Of a stretch of DNA of 64,000 nucleotides, positions 24,120-36,500 are shown in pieces (the stretch's first letter is position 1; every line of letters begins with the position of its first letter). The translations under genes and the position numbers were made by a program. Location of the stretch: NCBI GenBank assembly GCA_964187785.1, contig OZ076409.1, positions 21,950,001 to 22,014,000 on the forward strand, given 5' to 3'. The DNA comes from Amphiscolops sp. MND2022 (lineage: Eukaryota). The notes below the pieces were generated by a model that saw nothing but the letters and a program-made list of their open reading frames with translations, had not been told where the DNA came from and did not search any database.

Positions 24120-26700
24120 AAACGACCCCAAAAATAGTAAACACTGCAAAAATTTCCACTTTTTTAACGTTTTATTGCAATTTTCGTCAAGTTTTCGAGA
24201 AATTTCGTGGATTAGAACGTTGAAAAGGTTCAAACGCAAGCAAGTGTTGTCCAGTAGTCGTTTATGAAGAGATTAATGCGGTTTTTTGGAATAAAAAGAC
24301 CCAAAAATGACAAAATCCAAAAAATTTTCCGATTTTTAACGTTTTAATGCAATTTTCGTCAAATTTTCGATAGACTTCGTGGATCGATCAGAATGTTGGA
24401 AATGCTCAACATGACACTAATTCGTTGTCCAGTAGGCTTTTCCGAAGAGATAATTGCTGTTTTCCATATGAAAAAATCTCAGATTGACACCGAAAATGAC
24501 AAAATTCCCAAAATTTTCAATTTTCAAAAAGTTTATGCATTTTCCCCCAAATTTTCTACGGACTTTGTGGATTGGAACGTTAAAAAGGGTCAACAAGGAA
24601 AGAGTGTGTTGTCCAGTAGGGGCTTTTCCCATAAGTTTTTTTTTTTCTTAATGAAAATGTCTCAAATTGAGACCGAAAATGAGAAAAAAATCAAAAAAAT
24701 TTTCCAATTATCAATGTTTATTTGCTTTTTTCCCCAAATTTTCGACAGACTTTGTGGATTGGAACGTTGCAAAGGGTCATCAAAGAAGGAATGTGTTGTC
24801 CAGTAGACTTTTCCGAAGAGTTTTTTGTAATTTTTTAAGTGAAAAAGTCTCAAATTGTCATCGCAAAAACAAAAAACACAAAATTTTCCAAATGGCAAAG
24901 ATTTTATGCTTTTTGTGTTACAGTTTTGACAGAATTAGTGGATTCGAATGTTTTAAAGTGTCAACAAGGAAAAAGTTGGTAGTCCAGTATTCTTCGATGA
25001 CGGGTGAATTGCAATGTTCTGAATGAAATTATCTCAAATTGGCACAGAAAATGATAAAAATCCTAAAAGTTTCCAATTTTCAAAGATTTTATGCATTTTT
25101 TCCAAATTTTTGACAGACTTCGTCAAATGGAACTTCGAAAAAAGTCAACAAGGAGAAAAGTAAGTTTAGAAAAGAGATAATTGCAGTTTTTCAAACGAAA
25201 ATGTTACGGAATCAACATCGAAAAAGACAAAATTTCGTTTTTTTCTGATTTTCACTATTTTTGTTCAATTTTTGTCGATAGAGTTCGTGGACTAAAGAAT
25301 AAAACGCCTATGGCATGGGCAAATTTGTTGCATTGGTGGCTTTTGTCATGAGATAAGTTCAATTTGTAAAAGATGTAAAACGCCGCAAATTGACCATGAA
25401 CTGTCAAAAAACTTGAAGTTTTTGTCGTTTTTGATGCAATTTCTGGCCATTTTCCGAGAGGTTTTGTTCTAAGTTCCAACACAAGCAACTCAACAACGAA
25501 CGTACGAGGTTTGTATTACACTTTTAGGAAGAGAACATTAGAGCGTTTTGTTTCAAAGACACTTCAGAATGACTCCGAAGGAGTCGAATTACTTCAACAT
25601 CTTCGTTTTTCTGCATCCTGTGTACTTTTTGTCACAATGTTGGCAAACGTTCAACAAAGACTAAACTTATAAGCCAGTAGGCGTTCAAAGAAAAATTTGC
25701 AGACTTCGGTTGGAGAATGGCTCAAAATTGACCGCAAAAAGTCAAAAATGTCAAAATTTTTGTCGATTGCCGACATTTTCAGGGAATTTTTGTTCGAGAT
25801 TGGAAAGTTTCGGTAAAATAAAAGCATTGAAAACCTCCAGATGATAAAAGTAGGTGCGAAGCACGTTTTTGAAAAAAGAGCCCAATTTATGGTCGAAGGT
25901 TTCCTCAGAAACCCAAATATTGTAAAAGCTGATAGTTTTGAAGTTTTTTTTACACTTTTAGGCAGTTTTTGTACAAGTTTCTTCCTTGCAGAAAATGGTT
26001 TAATACAATGAATAATCCGAGTATCTCAAGAAGGCAATTTTGAAAAGACAACTGCATTGTTTTGTTAAAATTGGCTCAAAAACAACCAAAAATCCTTGAA
26101 ACAACAAAAAAGTACGTCGTTTGACAAACTAACTACAATTTTTGTTCAAACCACGAACGTTTTTGAAGAAAAGAACTTCCAATGACCTGAGCGTTGAAAC
26201 AATAGGTTTTTCAAAACGCAAGTGTGGAAAAAGTGGTATCAAGTTCATCTAGTTTACACCGTAGGTGTGAAAGTTTCCGAACCTTCTTTATTTTCAACAA
26301 CATAGTCTCAATTTTGGACCTTTCCGAAACTTTACTTCAATCAGAAAAACCATAGGCTCATGATTGAAACATGTAGCCACGTGTAGTCTTTGGAAAAGAT
26401 ATCAGACAAGTTTGTTTGCCCAAATTTCAAAACCTTTACTTGAAAACGTAAATTATGACCTCATTTACCCTGTTTTCCATTCAAAAACCTCCTAGCAAAA
26501 TCACTAGATGTGGAGTACACCTTCCAAAGGAAGCTGTTTGGAATTACTTGGTGAGTTAGAATGGCGTAAACATTCAACAACAGCTAAACTCGGTGTCCAG
26601 TAGGCTTTATTTTGAAGAGACTTCTGTAGATTCATGTTAGAAAAGTTCCTCAAATTGACCCCAAGCTTGTCAAAACTATTTCCAGTTTTTGACACTTCCG
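24120..26700. repeat. Degenerate tandem array, ~184-bp unit
   Basis: Anchor TGTCCAGTAG at 24248, 24426, 24610, 24797 and ~24981 (spacing 178-187), with increasingly diverged copies to ~26700. Confidence 0.75.
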
Positions 26701-27535
26701 GTGAAACTATTGGCAATAATTTAATACACCGGTGTTGCTCGACTTTCCTAAATTTGCAAAGGACCCAGTTTCAAGCGTTTACCATTTTCTCAGTGCCAAA
26801 AATTATCTCAAGACATACGCCCGAGACTACGAAACCATTTTTTGCCCAACAGGAATCACAAAAAATCCAACTTTTTGATTTTTTCCGGTAAAGTTCTATG
26901 ATGGCTAAACGAGTTTCAGTTGGCAAAACTACTTTTTCAAGCCGAAATCAGCCATCAAATCAAGGGGGTACTCTCTGAACAAATAAATCAAAGCTTTTCT
27001 TGCTTCGAACTTCGTTGCGATTTTTTATTGAATTGGCTATTCTTGAGCCTCAAGTTTGTTTAGTTGTAGATCATTTTGGGGCGGAAAATATCTCGCTGCT
27101 CAGCGGGCGTCTTGTATTGATAAATGTTTTTCAATGATTTCCATTGATTCCATATTGAACCCGCTGGGTGAACATTATTTTTCCGCCTAATTCTCACTGT
27201 AGACATTTTGCTCGTTTTTCTTCGAAATGTGGGCATAATAACCTATTAATTTAAGCAGCAGAACGAGAGGTTTCGTTGTAATGTCTTAGATTTTTGTTTC
27301 TCGTTTATAATTATGTGATCAGTTCTTTTGTATTGCACTTTCTTTGTATCTTGGTGTTTGACTGAAACATTGCTAAGAGTTGGGATAAACTTTTGGGTTC
27401 GTGAAAATAAATTAAATAATCAACAAACTACTACAAAAAACTGCTTTACATTTCAAATAATAAAATTTCAATCATCTATTTTTTGGAAATAATTATCATA
27501 AAAATTAACAATTTTCTGTTTTTTTTTGTGATGAC

Positions 27536-30500
27536 CTAAAATTTTTTGAGCATGTTTCGATTGTTGTTGAAACTTTCAGCGGGATTGGAGTAAGACTGGG
27601 TGTACGTATAAGAGGGCTCTTCGCTGTAGTTTTCCATGGGATTAATTGGTTGACTGAAATCAACCAGGTGTTCTTTCTGTCGACCCGCATCTTGGTCCAG
27701 CCCCACATAAGTTTCAGGTACTTCTCGGTAGTTGTTGCCATGTTCAAAGTTGCTGCCGTATTCTGGTACCCCTGCAAGGATATTGAGAATAGATTATGCA
27801 ACAATGCTTTGATGAAAAAATAATTCAGTGACCGAAAATGAGCTATTAATGCTTTAAAAATATAGTTCCAGCAGTTCGGCTTTTTGTCTCATGAATAACG
27901 GATAAACGTCAAAGGGAGCCATCAAACTGTTAATCAAACTGTTGCCATCAATCACGTTTGCTAGTTTCGATGATCAACAAGCTGGGAACGGGGTCAAGTC
28001 GGGACACCTTATGGAACAAAAAGCCCAAGTACTGCTTCAAAACGTTGAGAAAGTGTTTTTTACATCTTGTCTATCTCGTAGTGCCAAAACCCAAAAGGGG
28101 GATCCTTCGAGCTTATAAAGTCTTTTTTTTTCTGAATGAAAACATCGAAAAAACCAGAAGGATGACCTTTTTGTGGATTGAAAAATTTGAAAAAAGTTAC
28201 TGGGTGCTGAAAATCAATTAATTTTTAATCCTAATAAAAGTGTTGAATTCTTTGAGTCATCTTGCCAATCTGTAGAATTTTTATTGTCACTTCTACAGGA
28301 TTCGGAGAAAAAATGAAAAAAAAGACTCGATGAAAAGCAACTATAATAGCCGCGTTTCGTTTTTCAAAGCGTCGTCTAAAAATCAATGACTTTATTTGAA
28401 CTCGATTTTTTTGCGATAAACAATCAGTCAAAGAAATACAATTGACAAAAAAATTAATATCCCTGGTCGCATGTCACCATAAATGTAGTTTTCATCAGCT
28501 GGACTGGAATTCAAACTGAGTTTGGGCAGATCCGGGTTGGGGCTCAAATTGATTGACTGGTTGGGCCTGAAAACTCCCTCGTTTTCACCAGGCTGGAAAT
28601 GGAGAGACGGTCGTCCGTAGGGGCTGGGAGAAACAGACTGAGCCGCACTGGATCGGTTTCCAGAGAAAGATCCAGATGCAGAGGCGTTGTCTATGGGCAC
28701 GTACTCGTTTGGCAAGGTCAGCACTTTCTGTAAATTAGTTTTTTTTTACATTGAACCCCAATTATAGGGCAGTGGATTACCGTAACTATAAACTTAAGCA
28801 TGGTGTCGCACGAATTCTTTTGATCAAGACATGAGCAGTCAAAGTATACTAATGACTTTTATATTATCCCAGTGAGAAATGTCGTGAAATTGTTGAGAAG
28901 AATCTTACATTTTCGCGAAAACCTTGATAAAAATCTTAACAGGATTCAAAAGCGTCAAGGATATGTATGATTTTTCACCGGGATATAACTGTTTCTGAAA
29001 CAACAGATTTGGGATTCTTCTCAAATTTTTAATTTTGATATTGCTACTTTAAAGACAACGTATTTTTTAATTGAGTGAGACTTGATTCCAAATTGGAGTT
29101 ATCAAAATTTTGAAGTAAAAGTTTGGATATTTGAGTGTATTGGTTATTCTCGTCGGATCAATATATTCATATCATATAGATTATTACTATAGTAATAGTA
29201 GATGGAATATATTTTCTACCAACTTGGTTGTTCACGTTCTTCTTCCCATTTGGCATCTGTACAAATCCAGGTCCTTTTTTGTCCAGAGTTGCTTTTCTGA
29301 AAGTAGGATGGTTTTCTCAACAAATTTCTCTCAGAAGCTTTGATGTTTTTCGAATATTAAAATCCGGCAATGTTTTCATAACTCATGTACTCGGCCAAAT
29401 GTAGCTGTCGGCAGAAGTTTAATTTTCTTTCAAATTTCGAGAACAACGATTTAAGCATCACATTCCCTTTTCATGTTCTTGCTCGCTTGTGTCAAATATT
29501 TCTCAGTAGCTGGTAGCATGGTAACTTTTTGGCCAATTCAAGTGTTAATAATTTGTCAGAGTAACCAGAGAGCAAAGGAGTAAAAGCTTAGAAAAAATTA
29601 TTGTTTTTGTTCAAATTCATGAATGCAGAAACATTAAATCAGAACCTTGGAAAGTTATTCAGAGCTATTTTCTTCTCAACGTGACACGAATTTTTTCCAT
29701 GACACAAATTTTGAACAAAAATCTGAGTTTCTTGAAAACGGTCAGATTCAACCATTGCTCAGTTTTGACATTTCTCTGGAAAAATTGAAGGTATTATACC
29801 ATTGTGATAGTATTGTGATACATATTTGTGAGTTCTAATAGGGGAACCGTACAAGACGAAACTAGATAACGTCCTCAAGAATATCCCGGGTTACCCGACA
29901 ATGAAAGACTTGAAAGTTATCCTCGAGAATCGTAAGCCTGATATGGAAAGCGGTGTGAATATTTTGTTGGCGCCCATCTACAAGATTCGCCAATCAGTTC
30001 TGCTGACATCGAGCGAGTTTTGGCAACTCTGGACAATGTGATAATCCCACAAAGATCCTCACTCACTATTGAACGTTTGAAGTATCTTATCACATGATTA
30101 TTCATTGGAAAAATTTTGACGAATAAAATGCTCGACAAGCTACCGATTTTAAGCCAACCACTTTTTTAAGCTACCGATTTTTACCACATTTTAAGCCAAC
30201 GTTTGGTGTTTTTAAAGTGCATTTTTCCACACTTTTCGCTCACCTTTCACGCACTAAAATCCGACCACTGATAAGCGTGACTCCGTTGGAATCTCTGGGA
30301 AACAACAAAATGCGAACGACGCGTGTTTTTTCCCCAAGAGGATATGGACTAGTAATGTTCAATGCCAAAGCTTGGTTCTTTGGCATTAAAACTTAGGTCT
30401 TCACATTCCGTTGCACCAAACTTTGATGTCGAACATTGTGAGTTGCATACACTTCGATTAAAACAATTACTTCAATTGGACCTCACCCAGGATTGTTAGT

Positions 30501-33500
30501 GTTGAAATTTTTCTGCATCTGGTCGTGAAGGTTGGGTGCGTTTCTGTTGTACAGACTTTTGGGCTGGGTAGCGTAGGGGTCAGCGTACCCGGACTGGTCA
30601 AACGGTCCATTTACTGACCCTGGTCGCCCAAACAAAGTCGCCACCAGTGCTTCAGGATCTTCCTTCTTGAACCGCGGCTGATATGGCAAAAAAAAAACAA
30701 ACTATTCACCAGGGTTCATTGACCGATTTCAATATTTCCAAAGCTCCGTAGAAACACAAAAAGTTACATGATGACAGAAATTATGTATGGTACGGTACTC
30801 AAAATTTGGTCACTTGAAGGCGTTACTTAGAGAATCTCATATAGTTCCATTCTATACAATTTCAAACTTGTGATTTAAAATGGTTTACTGAGTTTTGATA
30901 AACGCTTTTAGTTTCCAAATAGTAACAAAAGTTGAAAAGGTCCAAACTCCTTAACTTCGATAATGCTCAGAAAATTTTGAGCTCAAGGCGTTGGATCAGG
31001 GAATTTAGATTCATAACGAACCTGATGCGTCAAGATTGAATCATGGACTCGACAAAAAGTTAACTCAAGCTATTCTGAAGTTCCAAAATCTTATTGTTTT
31101 CCCTATAAATTGCGGTCCGGATCCAAAGTTCATTACTCTGAAGATGTTTTGTTCTTCAAGAAACTTACGTTTTTGACGCTGACAAATATGACGTCATCCT
31201 TGACTTTGTATCTGATCTCCCCTTCACCGCTAGGGGGCTTGAGGTATTTGCCTGTCCGGCAACACAGCTTGTAACAGCCAATCAGAGACACGCCCATGAC
31301 CATGCCTGCAGCTAGCACTATTGCCATCACTATCCACTCCCAGTGGTTGTCGGGGTCGTGACCACCATACATGTCACTGCCAGGGGTCGAGATTGAAATG
31401 GGACTCACTGTGGTCTCTATAACATTGATTCACTTGTTGGGAGACTTAGTTTTGAGTTAAGCAGCTTGACAGTGTTATGAATGACATCCGAATGGTTCCA
31501 GAAGTCATCTAGAATTTGAGCACACGATGAAGTCGAAGAAGAGTCTTAAAGCGCCGAGAAACACTGAAGGGGGATTCTTCAGGGTGACAAAGGCTTTTGC
31601 AAATTAGCAAACTGAAAACATTGAAAATCTATATACTGTACTTGTCGGGTTCTTCGTAAATACAAAAAGCGCCCGTTAAGAATAACGTCACATACATCAA
31701 AGCACCATTTCTTTGCCCTTTCAAAAGACTTACAAAATGGGGGGCGTGGTTTAGTGGTAAGAGCATTCGGTCTGTACTGGGGCCGGAATCATCTCGAATT
31801 TCTTTCAACTCAACATCGTTGGGTTTTGAGCAAGTCCTTCAACCTTAGCCCGTGGTATGGTCAAGTGAAAAAATGAAAGCGGAGAAAAGCAAATTAAAAA
31901 GGGCAGCGGTTAGAAGTCAGGGCTTTGTGGCCTTGAGCAAGTTACTTTGAAACCACAGCTTCCAGCCAATTATTGCTTGACCATTTGACTGCAAATACGG
32001 TACCATAGCTTGCTATGGGGAGATAGTACCCGAAAGGGCGCGAACTTAACAGCAGAATTGCTTTTTTGGCTTCCTCCTCCGGAAAATGGGGATTTTTTTT
32101 CGTCTTGTTGAACAACTGAAAGCAAAGAAAAAAATACAAAACAGTAGATTGAACTCACTTCGAGCCCGGCAGTTTTCGTCTATGAGCTCATTGGGGGTGC
32201 ACCTGCACACAAGTCCCTTGTCGTTCTCACTCCGAGTGCAGTTGAAGGGTATGTTGCACTTGCACTCCTGGTCACAATTGGGACCCCACATGCGGGCAGG
32301 ACACTCCCCCGCTAACTGCTTCTCACAGTAGTCACCTGCCAGATACTGGCCACACCTGCCAAAGACACGCACCTTGAAAAACTAGCCACGAACCTTGATG
32401 CATTCAACTAAAACAATCTCACATCAAGGGGCAATGCTGGAAATCTTATGAAGAAACGTGAAATATATCTCAAAAACTTGAAGAAAATCTGAAAGAAGAT
32501 TCGAATTGAATTTATTTATGAAATTCAAATTCGACATTGTCACTTTCCGCCCACATACACTATTGTTCACTAAAGCGATTGACAAATGCAATCTCAAGCA
32601 AAATTAACAACCAGTCAGTTGTTACTTCATTCGTTTGAAACTTCATGTGAGAGTTCACAGATTCACACATTGTTGCTCAAGTTAAAATTCTCAGAGATGA
32701 AGGGCTTACCTTCCAAGTCTTAGAAATCGGCAAGCAGCGTTTAGCGCCTATTCCCGGTACCTCAGAAATTCGTCCCATGAACCAAGAAAGCCTCCCGGAA
32801 GACCATCAAAGCTAACTGACAGAGAGAAAAGGCAACTTGTATCAATTGCTCGGGGTCAACCATTCCTCTCAATCAGCAAAGTAAAGAACATTTACAACAG
32901 TTTTTCTCCCCGTACAACAATTGGAAGGTACTTGGTGAGAAAAATTTTGAAAAAATACAATTTACGGAGACGAAGTGCTGCAAAAACGCTCCAATTGGCA
33001 AGAATACAGCGACAAAATAGAGTTGACTGGCGCAAACGTCGTTATTCATGGTCTGTGGAGCAGTGGCAGAGCGTCATTTTTTAGATGAAGTCCGTTTTTG
33101 TCTGAAAAGTGACGGAATTGTCAAAGTTTGGAGAACCCAGCACAGACGGTTCGACCCCCGATACACGGTAAAAAAAATCAAAAGATCGAAGATCCATCAT
33201 TTTCTGGGGGTTCATTCCATCATTCCGGGTACCGGCATCTTCTGAGATGTGCCGAACCATTCACTAGTAGTGATTATCTATTTTTTTTGGAAATCGCTAA
33301 AACCGCTATGATTGGGGGAAATTTCATTTTTCAAGACGATAACTGCCCTGTACATAGAAGTCATGCCGTCCAAGATTGGTTCCAGAACTCCAATGTACCA
33401 AGAATCACTTGGCCCCCTTACACCCCGGACCTAAACCCAATCGAAAATGTATGGGCCTTTATGAAAAAGAGACTGTCTCAGGGAGTGAGAACCTGGGAAA

Positions 33501-36500
33501 CCTTGGAAGAAGATGTATGGGAGACATGGAATTCAATCCCTCAAACCCTTATAGACTCACTTTTTTGTTCTATGCCCCGTAAAATTAGAAAATGCCTCCA
33601 AAATCGTGCCTAAATTATTGATCCCTATTTTTTTTAAATCCCGGACTTGTCAACAGCTTTAGTGAACAATAGTGTATAATGGGGGAGGAAAATCATAATC
33701 TGTGTTGCGTTTTTTTCCATATTCTGCCAACTCTCCACGATCTCCATCACTTAGTTATTTGACTATTTTAGTTACTTGACTACTTTAGTTACTAGTATTT
33801 AATATTGCGTTGTACTAAAGAGGAGGCAGAGGTTCGGAAACAAGCGCTCCCATTTGTCCCAGCACGCTATATCCGAATTTTGACGTTATACCCGGAGTAA
33901 ATTGCGTTTTACCAAGGAGCAGGTAAATTATTGATTAAGTGTATATTGTTAACCAATTGAAGGTGGAAAATATCCACGGTGCAAAACGGGCGTCTTGTTT
34001 GTTATAACTTCTACAAACCCCATAAATAAGAGTATGGAAAACACAGGGACGTCAATCTTTGCTGTCAAAAAATTTGGAAAGCGCAATACTTTTAGATGCA
34101 TTTACAAGAAAATGTTCAAAACAAACGTGTCTCAATGTTTTTGTATAAAGTGTTGCGTTGAATGAGTTGAGAATTACTGTTTCATTCCTATATTAAATTA
34201 AATAAACTTTCATCTCAAGTATGAATTCCAATACAATATTTTCTTTTTCTTTAACGGTCTGAGTGAAGGGGAAGTTTTTCCAAAAAATCTAATTCTAACT
34301 CGCATTTTCCTGTGGCTGAATCGCATGGTCTGCCGTACTTGCACCCACATGACTGGCACTTCTGGACTCCATCTGGACTGAATGTGCCAAAGGCACACTC
34401 CTGCTCGCAGTCCTCCTCTGGGTCCCTTCCCGGCTTGCACAGACAATGGCCGTCAACGGGGTCGCAATAGGGAGGTTCGCCGAACAGAGGAGACCCGTAT
34501 GAGCATCTGTCTTTGCACGTTTCTTTGCAATCTTTTCCGTATTGCCCAACTTCACACGTTTTGCAGACGCCGTTCTAAATTTAATTGAAGCAATTTGAAT
34601 CAGGAATCATTAGTCACCAGCCGGGATGAATAACTTGATTTTCGTCTTGAAAAAAAGTGATGTATTGGGTTCAAAGAATTGATCATTGAGTTTTGAAACG
34701 AAATATTTCATGATATAATTGTGGCGATTCACCAAAAATGTTGACTACCCACGATGAAAGAAATCAGTTTATTGTTGTTCTGTTACAAGGATTAAGCAAG
34801 GATCTGTAATGATCTGTTTTAAACGACGTGTTACATAACGGCATTTTAAAATGAGATTAAAACCTATCTGGAAAGCATAAAGTTCACGGCTATTTAAAGT
34901 TTGTCGGTCAACAACTTTCTATCTTGAGAGTTCGTTCGGTCACGACCATAGGAAATGGGCTCTAAAATATGTATCAATCTAGGAATGAGCGAAAAGCGTA
35001 ATCATTTTTGCGGAGGGTGCTTCAATTCTCTAGTTTGCTTCTTTCTACGTGTGAACAATGTTTGAACAAACCTCCAGCTTGGAGCCAGCGTAGCAGATGC
35101 ATTGACCTTGAAAGCAAGTGGCATTCTTATGTTCACATACGCGATTGCAATCTCTTTCGCAATTATGACCTGCTTTGTCAGCCGGACATGCCTCTGTACA
35201 CCTAAATACCCAAAAAACAATTAATTTGAGTGAGCTTGTTCAATAAACTTAAACTAGGAAAGAGTTTTATTTATCAAAACCTACAGTCCGAATGACTTTT
35301 ATTATAAAATTCACACAAATTATCCTTTCGAGAAAATATCGGGTGTTCTGAACAGGGTGGTTGAAAAATTATTTACGCCAAAAAATTAACTACCAATTAA
35401 TTGCACTATATTCAATCAATTATCAAATAATTGCCAAGAATACAATTATAATTGCAATTAATTGCAATTAATTCGCTTTCAGCTTCCAGATGCAATAACT
35501 ATAGTTTCAACAATCAGCTCATTCCAGAAACTTATTCAAGACACTGATTGATTAATGCATTGTCACTCGATATTGCAACAAAATTGTCAGTGGTTTTGTT
35601 GTATATTGATAGCAAATGATTTCTTGCCGCATTTGCAGATCCAGTCATTATCATTATTCTGTGATTGAGTAAAGTATTCACGCACAAGGCGTTCATTGTT
35701 TTCAGGAGACATGTCCGAAATAAGGTGCTCTATGATAACCGTTTTCTCAGAAATTGTTTTCTCAGAATCGGATTTCTAAGAAATGCGTTAGCTTTTCTGA
35801 GAAAACAGGTCAATTTAGTTGCAATTGAACCGATTCTAAATAGCTCCAATTAATTGCAATTAATTGCAATTAACTGGGTTTGTCTCAATTATAATTGAAT
35901 TGAACCAAATACGATTAAAAAACCGGCAACTAACCACCCTCGGTCTATTTCAGAACATCCGGAATTTAGCCTCACGGAACAAGATTTTGAATCCGGACAA
36001 GACTCAGCTATCCTAGTGCGCGAACACACTAAAGGCTCAAAGCATGAAGGAGCGTACAAGAAGAGAAAAGTAATATTGCTCGAACAGAGTGATCACACAA
36101 AAACCTTTCTTCCAGCGAGACGATCCCAAACAACGGTAATCTCAAAACGAGACGTGGGACATCAAGAGGCACCATACTGCTCAAAATGGAAACAATCGAC
36201 TAAAAGATCAGAACACAACAAAATGGCAGAACACGGTGAAACGGCAACAAGCGATAATGAGTTACAAACAATAACCACACAACGTACGCTGAATGAAGAA
36301 AATCAAAGGGAGACAACCAATCACAAAAAATTGGCGGGAAAACAGGAAGAGGCTAAGAAGAAACAAAAAACAACACTGGCCGCATTAAAACAAAGGATGC
36401 GAAAAGGACAACTATAAGAACATAACAGAAGGATAAAACAAATACAAAAACAATGGATACAACAAAATACAATCCCATGCGAATTAGAGAACGAAGAAGT

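Noticed and set aside
24120..26700. CRISPR-like array or coding ORFs
   Set aside because: Whole units are homologous (no unique spacers), the context is eukaryotic, and the ORFs are F/K-rich repeat artefacts.
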